A DNA stretch of 64,000 bases, taken from contig JAVBWN010000027.1 of NCBI GenBank assembly GCA_036677365.1, positions 28,238 to 92,237 of the forward strand, read 5' to 3'. The position numbers were made by a program, and so were the translations under genes. Origin of the DNA: Acholeplasma sp. GTDB taxonomy: Bacteria > Bacillota_I > Bacilli_A > Acholeplasmatales > UBA5453. The notes beneath the pieces were generated by a model. The model worked only from the letters and a program-made list of their open reading frames with translations, had not been told where the DNA came from and did no database searches. Positions 30,096 to 39,670 of this stretch are shown piece by piece; positions within the stretch are counted from its first letter, which is position 1; every line of letters starts with the position of its first letter.

Positions 30096-31087
30096 AGTGG
30101 CTATTAAAACACAAAATCATTGGTGTCATCCTGGTTTTATTATATGCCAGCTTAAGTGTCTTTTTTACGTACAGACTGGAGGATTATACATTAACCCTCA
30201 AAGGCGACCTAACCCCAGTGAAAACAGAGATTTTGGAAACAGATCGCAGTCATTTTTATACAATATATGTCGTGAGCATGGATAAACCGACCCTATTTCA
30301 ATATGTTTTGGCGATGTTTACAGATACCATTGATATTTCTAAGCTACCCGATGCCTATCGAGGTATGAGTGCGATGGACCAATTCAAAATGGGTCAAATT
30401 GCAGAAGAAATCAGTTATCAATACGCCACCATTCAAGCCTATACCAAAGCTAAACTCACAGACTCAAGCATCGAAATCGACTACACACCCTTGGGTTATA
30501 TGGTCAGTTTTGTTGAAAAAGGTCAAACTGGCATCCGTTTGGGTGATATTTTAGTTGAAGTCGAAGGTGTTTCCCATTTAGATGTCCCACAACATGAGTT
30601 TTTTGGTTATTTTTCTAATCAAAATAGCGTTATGGTTAAAGTATTAAGAGATGGAAACTTAGTAACATTATCTTTAAATAAACTGACCACCATCGATCGT
30701 TATGGCATTCGTTTAGAACCTTATTTTGACATTGAAACCACCCCAAATATCGGTACTACCTATGGCAATGACTTCATTGGTGGGCCTTCTGGGGGCATGA
30801 TTCAAACACTCGATATTTACATGAAATTATTGAATATCGACTTAAAAGATTTGAAGATCGCTGGCACAGGGACCATTGAACTGGATGGTTCGATTGGTGA
30901 AATTGGTGGCATCGAACAAAAAATATATACCGCCTATGATCATGATGTGGACTTATTTTTATGTGCAGCGGCCAATTATGATGCTGCCTTAGCCGTATAT
31001 GAAAAATTGAATAACCCATCATTTACACTGATAAAGGTAGGTGACATCGATGAAGCGATTCAAAGCATCCTTACACGACTACCTTGA
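30092..31087 (+). CDS. ylbL: Membrane-anchored PDZ/Lon-like protease (YlbL family)
   Basis: N-terminal TM, PDZ-like region, GGPSGG and GGIEQK Ser-Lys dyad, IAGTGTI. Confidence 0.85.
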   Translation: MKWLLKHKIIGVILVLLYASLSVFFTYRLEDYTLTLKGDLTPVKTEILETDRSHFYTIYVVSMDKPTLFQYVLAMFTDTIDISKLPDAYRGMSAMDQFKMGQIAEEISYQYATIQAYTKAKLTDSSIEIDYTPLGYMVSFVEKGQTGIRLGDILVEVEGVSHLDVPQHEFFGYFSNQNSVMVKVLRDGNLVTLSLNKLTTIDRYGIRLEPYFDIETTPNIGTTYGNDFIGGPSGGMIQTLDIYMKLLNIDLKDLKIAGTGTIELDGSIGEIGGIEQKIYTAYDHDVDLFLCAAANYDAALAVYEKLNNPSFTLIKVGDIDEAIQSILTRLP

Positions 31088-31445
31088 GGCAAGAAAAACG
31101 TATCGAATCCTAACGAACACCTGGTCGATTAAGAAAAACATCACCTATGTGTTACAGACCACCGGGCTTGCTTTAATGATCATGCTGTTACCTGCACTAT
31201 TGGTCATCAATTTATTGGTTTTTGTGAGTTACATTAAAGTTTGGATTGTGTATGGTGCCTTGATTGGCTATGGGTTCATTCACCTTTCCTATGTGTTTCA
31301 AACATATTACATAAAAGACTATTCAAACGACCACGAATTTGTTAAAATAAGAAGGCTATTCAAACTGTATACATACACCTATGGTGCCTTATGGTTTGGA
31401 TTGGTTTATACCTTATACATGATATTTGGAGGTTACATCGTATGA
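31050..31445 (+). CDS. Hypothetical membrane protein (about 3 TM)
   Basis: Hydrophobic ORF overlapping both neighbours in the operon. Confidence 0.7.
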   Translation: MKRFKASLHDYLEARKTYRILTNTWSIKKNITYVLQTTGLALMIMLLPALLVINLLVFVSYIKVWIVYGALIGYGFIHLSYVFQTYYIKDYSNDHEFVKIRRLFKLYTYTYGALWFGLVYTLYMIFGGYIV

Positions 31446-31897
31446 TCATTGGTATCATCATCATTGGACTCATCATTATTTTGGATCAGATTACTAAATA
31501 CTTAACCGTGACTCAAATTGGTAACCGTACCATTGTGGTCATTGATGGCTTTTTCAATTTGATTGAACGCCACAATTATGGCGCAGGTTGGAGTATGTTT
31601 GAAGGTAACTGGCTATTCCTCGTCATTGTGACGATCATTTCCTTAGTTTTCTTTGGCTACTTATTTAAATCCGTAGATTTTAAACAAAAATGGGTCTATA
31701 GTACCGCAATTTCATTGATGATTGGTGGTACACTAGGTAACTTCATTGACCGTTTACGATTGGGTTATGTGGTAGATTTCTTACAATTTATTTTTGGTAG
31801 TTACGAATTTCCGACGTTTAATATCGCCGATTCCGCATTGACGGTGGGTGTGATATTGTTCGCAATCGATGTATTCTTTTTGGAGCAAAAACGATGA
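31442..31897 (+). CDS. lspA: Lipoprotein signal peptidase II
   Basis: DQITK, NYGAGWS, GNFIDR, VVDF, FNIAD. Confidence 0.96.
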   Translation: MIIGIIIIGLIIILDQITKYLTVTQIGNRTIVVIDGFFNLIERHNYGAGWSMFEGNWLFLVIVTIISLVFFGYLFKSVDFKQKWVYSTAISLMIGGTLGNFIDRLRLGYVVDFLQFIFGSYEFPTFNIADSALTVGVILFAIDVFFLEQKR

Positions 31898-32805
31898 ATA
31901 AATGGGTATTTAATGTAGAATCATCTCACGTGGGGTTACGCGCCGATGTGTTTGTAGCACAACTGCTTACCGAAACCACACGCAGTCAAATTAAAAAGTT
32001 ATTTGATGCGAAACAAGTACATATCGATGGTGAACCCATCAAGGCGAGTTATAATGTGCGTTTTGATGATGAACTCACTGTCTATTCAAGTGATGAAGTG
32101 GTCAAAATTGATCCGGTCAACTTAAACCTTGAAATCGTATATGAAGATGACGATGTCGCCGTCGTGTACAAACCTCAAGGGATGGTTGTCCACCCTGCAG
32201 TGAGTTTTAAAGAAGTCACCATGGTCCATGGTCTAAAGTATCAAATCAAGTCATTATCTGACATCAATGGTACACTACGACCTGGGATTGTGCACCGTAT
32301 CGATAAAGATACCTCGGGGTTACTGTTGGTAGCCAAAACCAATTTCGCCCATGAATCCTTGGTCACACAACTTCAGGAAAAAACAGTTAGACGTGTTTAT
32401 GAGGCCATTTGTTTAAATCCAATCGTCGAAGATTCAGGTACAATATCCACCCCAGTCGGACGTGATGAAATCAACCGATTGAAAATGGCTGTGACCGACG
32501 ACGGTAAATTGGCAATCACGCATTTTAAAGTCTTAAAACGCTATAAAAAACACAACTATATTGAATGTATACTGGAAACGGGTAGAACCCATCAAATCCG
32601 TGTCCACATGCAATATATTGGTCACCCGATTCTAGGCGACCCTTTGTATGGCAACAAACCTGTTTACGGCGAAACCGGACAATTTTTGCATGCGAAAACG
32701 TTGGGATTTGTTCATCCAAGAACCGGTAAATACCTTGAATTTACCCATGAATCACCAGAAATATTCAAGAAAACCTTAGAAAAGCTTGAAAACAACGATT
32801 TATAA
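31894..32805 (+). CDS. rluD: RluA/RluD family pseudouridine synthase
   Basis: S4 domain, HRIDKDTSG, GRTHQIRVH. Confidence 0.93.
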   Translation: MNKWVFNVESSHVGLRADVFVAQLLTETTRSQIKKLFDAKQVHIDGEPIKASYNVRFDDELTVYSSDEVVKIDPVNLNLEIVYEDDDVAVVYKPQGMVVHPAVSFKEVTMVHGLKYQIKSLSDINGTLRPGIVHRIDKDTSGLLLVAKTNFAHESLVTQLQEKTVRRVYEAICLNPIVEDSGTISTPVGRDEINRLKMAVTDDGKLAITHFKVLKRYKKHNYIECILETGRTHQIRVHMQYIGHPILGDPLYGNKPVYGETGQFLHAKTLGFVHPRTGKYLEFTHESPEIFKKTLEKLENNDL

Positions 32806-32810
32806 AACAA

Positions 32811-32835
32811 AACCTCCACATTTTTTGTGGAGGTT
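32811..32835. terminator. Terminator between convergent rluD and rnhC
   Basis: aacctccaca...tgtggaggtt hairpin. Confidence 0.7.
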
Positions 32836-33706
32836 AATTTATTTTGATGGGGCTTTCAATGTGATTCTTGGTTAAATTTTTAAAATTGAGCTTGGTGATG
32901 GGTGGTAATGCCTGATAACCTCTGGATTTATAAATTTCCACGAGTTGTTTATCCACTTCACTGCCAGCGCCTTTCAATAAATTAAGGCCAATGTACTTGG
33001 AGAATTGTTGCATCTTCGCGAGGAATGCATACCTTGCAATGATGGAAGCAGCGGCTACACTGATGTGGACACTTTCTGCTTTGGTATAGAAATTAATGTC
33101 ACGGTAGATCAATTTTTCTGTTTTTAAATAATTAAAGTAAATCGGTGGTTCACAAAATTGATCCAAAATAACCGGTACTTTTTCCGTCAATTTCTCTGAA
33201 GTTTTGATGATGGCATGGTTGTGTAAGTAGGCTTTAATCTTATTCATATTGTAACCTTTACGAACCATTTCATTGTATTTCTCGGGGTTTAAAATCAATA
33301 TTGAGTGAATTAATCGGTTGGCTAAAATCGGTCCAATTTTAGAAATCATCGCATCTGTCATCGCTTTGGAGTCTTTGACGCCTAAGGATTCTAAGAATGC
33401 AATGTCTGTTTTAGACACATAAGCACTACAGACCACGATCGGACCAAACAGGTCACCAGTGCCAACTTCATCTGAACCAATCGCAGCATAGGTTTCGATG
33501 CCTAGAATGCTTTTGATGTGACTTAATTCTTGTTCATATTCGCCTTGTAGCACGACTTTACCGGTTTTATATGCATGAATCGTGAGTCCATTTTTAACGG
33601 CCGAAAATGCAACATACTGATTCGAGTGATCACGTTCGAACGATTTATATGCTTGAATCAGTATATTTAATTGTTCGGGTGAAATACTCAAACTGTAATT
33701 TGCCAT
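32834..33706 (-). CDS. rnhC: Ribonuclease HIII
   Basis: TBP-like N-domain (YKTGKVVLQG), GSDEVGTGD, DSK, DQF, VAAASIIAR. Confidence 0.95.
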   Translation of the reverse strand: MANYSLSISPEQLNILIQAYKSFERDHSNQYVAFSAVKNGLTIHAYKTGKVVLQGEYEQELSHIKSILGIETYAAIGSDEVGTGDLFGPIVVCSAYVSKTDIAFLESLGVKDSKAMTDAMISKIGPILANRLIHSILILNPEKYNEMVRKGYNMNKIKAYLHNHAIIKTSEKLTEKVPVILDQFCEPPIYFNYLKTEKLIYRDINFYTKAESVHISVAAASIIARYAFLAKMQQFSKYIGLNLLKGAGSEVDKQLVEIYKSRGYQALPPITKLNFKNLTKNHIESPIKIN

Positions 33707-33769
33707 ATATTTTCTCCTAACTCTATATGATTATACCATAAAATTTGATAAAATGTAAGAGGTGATACT

Positions 33770-36085
33770 ATGAGTTACGCTTTCAAAGCACTCGAGTTTG
33801 ATGTCGTACTGACGCGAATTTCAAAATATGCGATGTGTCAAACGACGATTCAAAACATCTTAAATCTGACCCCATTGGACAACCTTGAATCCGTTCAAAT
33901 GGAAATACAGAAGACCAAACAAACCCTCGACTTGATTGCAAGGATGGGGTCTTTTCCGTTGATTGAAGACTACGATATCGATGACCTATTCAACGCACTA
34001 ACGATTGGACAGGTATTATCCATCAAAGACATATTGTCGGTTCGGTTGTTCATGGTTATGACCAAAGACGTCATCCATGTATTTAAAGAAATCATCCGAA
34101 ATAAGATGAATTTTGATGATATAAAATTCATCTATGAAAGACTTTTCCCAACGGAACACCTCGTGTCTGTAATCGATTCGAAGATTGACCCCGATGGGAT
34201 TGTCTTAGACAGTGCTTCAGAAGCACTCGCAACCATCCGAAAACAGCAACGCCGATTGGAACAACAGCGTCGTGAAATTTTAAATAGCCTATTGCAAAAA
34301 CGCGCTTCACAATTGAATGATCAAATGATTGTTATGCGTAACAACCGCTATTGTCTACCTGTAAAAGCAGAATATAAAAATACCTTTAAAGGCATCATTC
34401 ATGATGAATCTTCTTCGGGAACAACAGCCTTCATCGAACCCATCGAAACGATTGAAAAGACCGTTGAGTTAGAACGCTTAATGTTCCAAGAACAACAAGA
34501 AATCATCAAAATATTGGAAGAAATCTCTGCTATACTCAAAGTGGATGTTGAAGAATTAAAAGGCAATTTGGATGCTTTATTGATATTGGATTTGCTCCAA
34601 AGTAAAGCCAAATACGCTTTAGAAATCGATGGTTATGCTGTACAAATGAATGACCAAGGTTTGATACGTTTGGTCGATGCCAGACACCCACTCATCGATC
34701 CAAAAATCGTGGTGCCGATCTCTCTTGAGTTGAATGAAATCAAGCGTACGATATTGATTTCAGGCCCCAACACTGGGGGTAAAACGGTTGCTTTGAAAAC
34801 CACGGGATTGCTGACACTCATGGCACAATCCGGTTTACTGGTCCCGATGAAATCAGAAGGGGTATTATCGATATTCAAAGGTGTATATGCGGATATTGGC
34901 GATGAACAGTCCATATTGCAGTCGTTGTCTACGTTTTCATCTCACATGCGTAAGATAAAGCACATCGTTGATGTTGCAACTGACCATATTCTGGTTTTAC
35001 TCGATGAACTGGGCAGTGGCACTGACCCACAAGAAGGCAGTGCACTTGCCATGGGTATCTTGGACTATTTAGAACCGTTTAACTTGCGCATGATTGTTAC
35101 AACCCACTATTCAGAACTCAAAGTCTACGCTTATACGCACCCTCACATTGCCAATGCGAGTGTTGCATTTGATATCGACACTTTAAAACCTTTATACCGT
35201 ATCAATTATGGCATCAGTGGGTCTTCCAATGCCCTTTATATCGCTAAGAAGCTCGGACTCAGTGATGAGGTCATCCGATTAGCTCAAGGGTATTCGAGCT
35301 TGAAAGAAAATGACCTCACCAAATCCATCAAAGCCTTTGAAGATGAATCGCTCATCGTTAAACAAAAAGAAGCGGCGTTATCTAAAACTTTGTTGGAAAT
35401 TCAAACACTAAAACGGGATTATGAAACCAAAATCAGTACTTTAGAAGCCGAAAAAGACGCCATACTAGCGAAAACCAAGGCACAAGCCGACAAACAGATG
35501 AAAGCCAATTTGGAGAAAGCTCAAGCATTGATTGAAATCCTATCAATGAAGGATTTGAAAGACCATGAGATTGCTCAAATTAAATATGAATTTAAACAAT
35601 TAGACTTCGATGACCTCCCTAAGGAAGTGAATCGTGAATTAAAGGTAGGGGACCACGTGTTCATCAAATCCTATGACCAAAATGGTGTCATCACGCAAAA
35701 AGTTAAGAACCAATTCAAAGTAAAATTCGGGATGTTCGAATTGATGTTTGATGCGAAAGATTTAAAACCAACCGAAGAACCAACCATTCGTCCGCGAACC
35801 ATCAAAGCCAAAACGGTGGAGACTAAACCAGCGGTGAGTGATGTCAAAATGGAACTGGATTTAAGAGGGTATCGTTTTGAAGATGTGAAAGATGAATTGG
35901 AGAAATTTCTCGATAATGCCGTTTTAAATCACATGCGAACGGTTCGTGTTATTCATGGTTTCGGCACTGGGGCTGTTCGTAAAGCTGTATATGACGTCAT
36001 CAAATCCTCACCTTATGTGAATGCTTATCGTTATGGTGGTGAAGGCGAAGGCTTGAACGGTGTAACCATCATTACATTGAAGTAA
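33770..36085 (+). CDS. mutS2: Endonuclease MutS2
   Basis: GPNTGGKT, DELGSGTDP, TTHY, coiled coil, KOW, C-terminal Smr (DLRG, IHGFGTG). Confidence 0.96.
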   Translation: MSYAFKALEFDVVLTRISKYAMCQTTIQNILNLTPLDNLESVQMEIQKTKQTLDLIARMGSFPLIEDYDIDDLFNALTIGQVLSIKDILSVRLFMVMTKDVIHVFKEIIRNKMNFDDIKFIYERLFPTEHLVSVIDSKIDPDGIVLDSASEALATIRKQQRRLEQQRREILNSLLQKRASQLNDQMIVMRNNRYCLPVKAEYKNTFKGIIHDESSSGTTAFIEPIETIEKTVELERLMFQEQQEIIKILEEISAILKVDVEELKGNLDALLILDLLQSKAKYALEIDGYAVQMNDQGLIRLVDARHPLIDPKIVVPISLELNEIKRTILISGPNTGGKTVALKTTGLLTLMAQSGLLVPMKSEGVLSIFKGVYADIGDEQSILQSLSTFSSHMRKIKHIVDVATDHILVLLDELGSGTDPQEGSALAMGILDYLEPFNLRMIVTTHYSELKVYAYTHPHIANASVAFDIDTLKPLYRINYGISGSSNALYIAKKLGLSDEVIRLAQGYSSLKENDLTKSIKAFEDESLIVKQKEAALSKTLLEIQTLKRDYETKISTLEAEKDAILAKTKAQADKQMKANLEKAQALIEILSMKDLKDHEIAQIKYEFKQLDFDDLPKEVNRELKVGDHVFIKSYDQNGVITQKVKNQFKVKFGMFELMFDAKDLKPTEEPTIRPRTIKAKTVETKPAVSDVKMELDLRGYRFEDVKDELEKFLDNAVLNHMRTVRVIHGFGTGAVRKAVYDVIKSSPYVNAYRYGGEGEGLNGVTIITLK

Positions 36086-36097
36086 ATTGCTTTAGGC

Positions 36098-36126
36098 TTG
36101 AAATAACCGGTTACATAATTTATAAT
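36098..36126 (+). promoter_or_regulatory. SigA promoter of trxA with a palindrome in the spacer
   Basis: TTGAAA-17 bp-TATAAT; TAACCGGTTA at 36104-36113. Confidence 0.7.
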
Positions 36127-36160
36127 TAACTTAAGTAAAGATGAAATTGGAGGGTATTAT

Positions 36161-36478
36161 ATGCTTATTACGTATGACGGCAGTGAATTTGAAAAAGTGA
36201 TTGGTAGACAAGGTCTTGTCTTGGTCGATTTTTTCGCAACTTGGTGTGGACCATGCAAGATGTTGATGCCACAATTGGAAGCATTATCTGAAGAACAACC
36301 ACAAATTCCTTTTGTTAAAGTTGATATAGATCAATTTAGAGCACTTGCGAAAGAAACTTATGGCATTACCAGTGTACCTACTTTGATTTTGTTTAAAGAT
36401 GGCGTAGAAGTATCCAGACAAAGTGGTTTCGCACCAAAAGATGCTGTTTGGAAATGGATTAATTCCAATAATAAATAA
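36161..36478 (+). CDS. trxA: Thioredoxin
   Basis: WCGPC. Confidence 0.96.
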   Translation: MLITYDGSEFEKVIGRQGLVLVDFFATWCGPCKMLMPQLEALSEEQPQIPFVKVDIDQFRALAKETYGITSVPTLILFKDGVEVSRQSGFAPKDAVWKWINSNNK

Positions 36479-36516
36479 AAACACGACCTAGTCGTGTCTT
36501 AATTAGGGTGGTCGAA

Positions 36517-36969
36517 CTAGATTCGATCACTTTTTTTTAACACCATTGCATAATGGTCAATCCCATCTACCAAATAAATGTCGGAAATCACTGTAAAACC
36601 AAAACCTTCATAAAATCGTCTCAAATAGCTTTGACCTTCAATTTTAATCGCCGTTTCAGTTAAGAATAGATGATCGATGGCTGTTTGAATCAATGCTTTA
36701 GAATAGCCTTTATTACGAACCGCAGGGTAAGATACCACACGTCCTAAAGATGCAGCATCATCAAACTTAATCCCTAATGGCATCGTCCGAACATAGGAAA
36801 CAATCACATCGTTTTCTTTAACGAAGAAATGTGTTGCACGATAATCAAGATCATCCAAATCTTGATAAATCGCCGTTTGTTCGACCACAAACACTTCACT
36901 ACGTAATTTTAATAGTTGATACAATTCGATGTTGGTTAATTGAGAAAAAGATTTTTGATGGATTATCAT
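36517..36969 (-). CDS. GNAT acetyltransferase, ElaA family
   Basis: LRSEVFVVEQ, YQDLD, GRVV, FYEGFGF, DGIDH. Confidence 0.9.
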   Translation of the reverse strand: MIIHQKSFSQLTNIELYQLLKLRSEVFVVEQTAIYQDLDDLDYRATHFFVKENDVIVSYVRTMPLGIKFDDAASLGRVVSYPAVRNKGYSKALIQTAIDHLFLTETAIKIEGQSYLRRFYEGFGFTVISDIYLVDGIDHYAMVLKKSDRI

Positions 36970-37055
36970 AAAAACACCTCGTATTTATTATACATGAAAG
37001 TGACATTTTTGGGCATAATTCTCACCTTTTATTGTATAATGGAAGAGGTGATAAT

Positions 37056-37916
37056 ATGGAAGGTATCTTCTTAATCGATAAACCTGCGGGTATGACTTCT
37101 TTTGATGTCATCCGCAAGTTACGTAATCAACTCAATACCAAAGAAGTCGGTCATGCAGGGACATTAGACCCCATGGCAACGGGTCTTTTGGTCGTTTTGG
37201 TTGGCAAAGCTACCAAACTGTCAGACTTAATGATTTCAGAAACAAAAACATATGAAGGCACCATCACTTTTGGTTATTCAACCGATACTTATGATAAAAC
37301 CGGTAAGGTTGTCGATACGCTCGACACATTTGAATTGAGTGAATTCGAAATCGATGAGACCATCAAATCATTTTTATCTCGTGATTCACAGCTGCCACCC
37401 ATTTACTCTGCCATCAAAATTCAAGGCAAAAAGCTTTATGAATATGCCAGAGCTGAAAAATCAGTGGAAATTGATGAACGTCCGATGGTCATCCATGAAT
37501 TTGAAAGGACATCCGCTTACTTAAACCAATCTTTCAAATTTGAAATCAAAGTATCGAAAGGCACGTATATCCGTTCGATTGCCCACGATTTTGGTGTTTC
37601 ACTCAATATTCCGAGTCATTTAAGTGCACTTCGACGCACAAATTCGGGTCGTTATTCTTTAGCAACCGCGTATCGTTTGGCTGAAATTGATGAATTTACG
37701 TTGCCAAATTTTACACTTGAAGACTATGCCAAATCCTTAGATAAGGTGGTGATTGACGATTATTTGATTCCCCTCATTCGAAATGGGGTAAGACTCGATG
37801 AACGTCAAACCTTGATAGATGGCCCTTTTACAGCTTATTCAAAAGACAATAAACCGATTGCGATATTCAAAAAAGACGGCAAAAACTATAAACCACTGAT
37901 TCAGTTAGGAGAATGA
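37056..37916 (+). CDS. truB: tRNA pseudouridine(55) synthase
   Basis: GHAGTLDPMATG, PPIYSAIK, SKGTYIRS. Confidence 0.97.
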   Translation: MEGIFLIDKPAGMTSFDVIRKLRNQLNTKEVGHAGTLDPMATGLLVVLVGKATKLSDLMISETKTYEGTITFGYSTDTYDKTGKVVDTLDTFELSEFEIDETIKSFLSRDSQLPPIYSAIKIQGKKLYEYARAEKSVEIDERPMVIHEFERTSAYLNQSFKFEIKVSKGTYIRSIAHDFGVSLNIPSHLSALRRTNSGRYSLATAYRLAEIDEFTLPNFTLEDYAKSLDKVVIDDYLIPLIRNGVRLDERQTLIDGPFTAYSKDNKPIAIFKKDGKNYKPLIQLGE

Positions 37917-38812
37917 CCATGGATTTACAAATCAATGATTTCCATGCTTTTAAAAATGACCAACCCCTCACCATGACCATTGGTAATTTCGATGGTTTAC
38001 ACTTGGGTCATCAAGCATTGATCAAACAAACACAATACCACGATACTGAAAGTGCCGTCCTGACATTTTCGCCACACCCCATGAAGGTATTGCGTGGCAT
38101 GAAAGACCACGTCATTTTGATGAGTTTAGATAAAAAAATCCGTCTCATCGAATCGATGGGGGTGGATCATCTATTCATCGCAAATTTTGATATGCAAATG
38201 GCATCCACCACTAAAGAAGCCTTCATTGAGCGCTTAAAAGCACTCAATGTCAAACGCTTGGTTCTTGGGATTGATTTCCGATTTGGTTCGCATGCTTCTG
38301 GACATGTGGAGGATTTAAAAAAGCATTTCGAAGTCGTATTGGTGGAGAATGTGACCCATCAGGATACTCGTATATCGACCACTTACATCAAAGACTTGTT
38401 ATATTCTGGTGAATTAGCCAGAGCTGAATTGTTACTTGGGCGTCCATATAGCATCGAAGGTGTGGTCATCCATGGCGACAAAGTAGGCCGAACTTTAGGC
38501 ATGCCAACCGCAAATTTGGATTTACAAACCTATGTTTTACCACCCAATGGCGTGTATTATGTCGATGTATTATATGAAGGCCACATGTACCCAGGCGCAC
38601 TTAACATTGGTTACAATCCAACCATCAATTACAGTGTTAAAAAAAGAGTTGAAGTTTATATTTTAGACTTCAATGAAATGATTTACGGTAAAAAATTGGA
38701 AATATTCTTTAGGCTTTATTTGAGACCTGAACAACAGTTTAAATCGAAAGAAGCCCTCATCGTTCAATTACAAAAGGATATTGAAGATGTCAAAAGACTT
38801 TCATCCAAATGA
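37913..38812 (+). CDS. ribF: Riboflavin kinase / FAD synthetase
   Basis: GNFDGLHLGH, ISTT, GRTLGMPTAN. Confidence 0.96.
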   Translation: MTMDLQINDFHAFKNDQPLTMTIGNFDGLHLGHQALIKQTQYHDTESAVLTFSPHPMKVLRGMKDHVILMSLDKKIRLIESMGVDHLFIANFDMQMASTTKEAFIERLKALNVKRLVLGIDFRFGSHASGHVEDLKKHFEVVLVENVTHQDTRISTTYIKDLLYSGELARAELLLGRPYSIEGVVIHGDKVGRTLGMPTANLDLQTYVLPPNGVYYVDVLYEGHMYPGALNIGYNPTINYSVKKRVEVYILDFNEMIYGKKLEIFFRLYLRPEQQFKSKEALIVQLQKDIEDVKRLSSK

Positions 38813-38862
38813 TTGATAACTATTTCCTCGTATGATAAAATAAACGTAAGGTGGTGTATATT

Positions 38863-39186
38863 ATGAAACTCGTGTTAGCGATTATCTCAAATGATGATTC
38901 AAATAAAGTTTCCAAAGGTTTAGTTAAAGAAAACTATTTTGTAACAAAACTCGCAACTACCGGTGGTTTCCTACTCACAGGAAATACAACCTTTTTGATT
39001 GGTACCAACGATGAAAAGGTACCAAGAATCTTAGAAATCATCGAAGAACACAGCAAAACCAGAGCAAAACTTGTACCAAACTCCATCATCAGTGAATTCG
39101 GTATGTTCTCAAGTTTACCGGTTGAAGTTAAAGTTGGCGGGGCCACTGTGTTTGTTTTAAACGTTGAACAATTTATTAAGATTTAA
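38863..39186 (+). CDS. darA: PII-like cyclic di-AMP receptor (DarA/PstA)
   Basis: TKLATTGGFL..GNTTFLIG and GGATVFVLNVEQF. Confidence 0.9.
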   Translation: MKLVLAIISNDDSNKVSKGLVKENYFVTKLATTGGFLLTGNTTFLIGTNDEKVPRILEIIEEHSKTRAKLVPNSIISEFGMFSSLPVEVKVGGATVFVLNVEQFIKI

Positions 39187-39223
39187 GTCTTGCAATTTGT
39201 TCAATTTGTGTTAAAATGGTTAT

Positions 39224-39270
39224 GGCGTAAACAAGGATTATGGGTGCCTCCTAGTCTTTAGTTTAACGAG
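39224..39270 (+). promoter_or_regulatory. Putative rpsO leader hairpin (S15 autoregulation)
   Basis: taaac-aaggatta...tagtcttt-agttta stem between promoter (TTGCAA-16-TAAAAT) and RBS. Confidence 0.45.
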
Positions 39271-39284
39271 AAAGGGATATAAAC

Positions 39285-39554
39285 ATGGCAATTTCAAAAG
39301 AAAAGAAGCAAGCACTTATCAAAGAATTCCAAATCAATGATAAGGACACAGGTTCTGCACAAGTTCAAATCGCAGTCCTAACAGAAGAAATCAACCAATT
39401 GAACGCGCACTTAGCCGTTCATACACACGATTTCCATTCTAAACGTGGCTTATTCCAAAAGATTGGTTTACGTAAGAGATTCTTATCTTACCTAAAGAAG
39501 TCTGATTTGGTAGCCTACACTGCTTTGATTGAAAAACTCAATCTACGTGGCTAA
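39285..39554 (+). CDS. rpsO: 30S ribosomal protein S15
   Basis: DTGSAQVQIAVLT, HDFHSKRGL. Confidence 0.98.
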   Translation: MAISKEKKQALIKEFQINDKDTGSAQVQIAVLTEEINQLNAHLAVHTHDFHSKRGLFQKIGLRKRFLSYLKKSDLVAYTALIEKLNLRG

Positions 39555-39580
39555 AAGATTGCGAAAGCAATCTTTTTTTT
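39553..39580 (+). terminator. Intrinsic terminator after rpsO
   Basis: aagattgc gaaa gcaatctt + T-run. Confidence 0.85.
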
Positions 39581-39670
39581 ACTAGTAAATGGCCTTATTT
39601 TGGTGTATAATGATTAAGGCATACATATATAAAATAGAAGAAAATATAAAATGAAGGAGATTTTTATATT

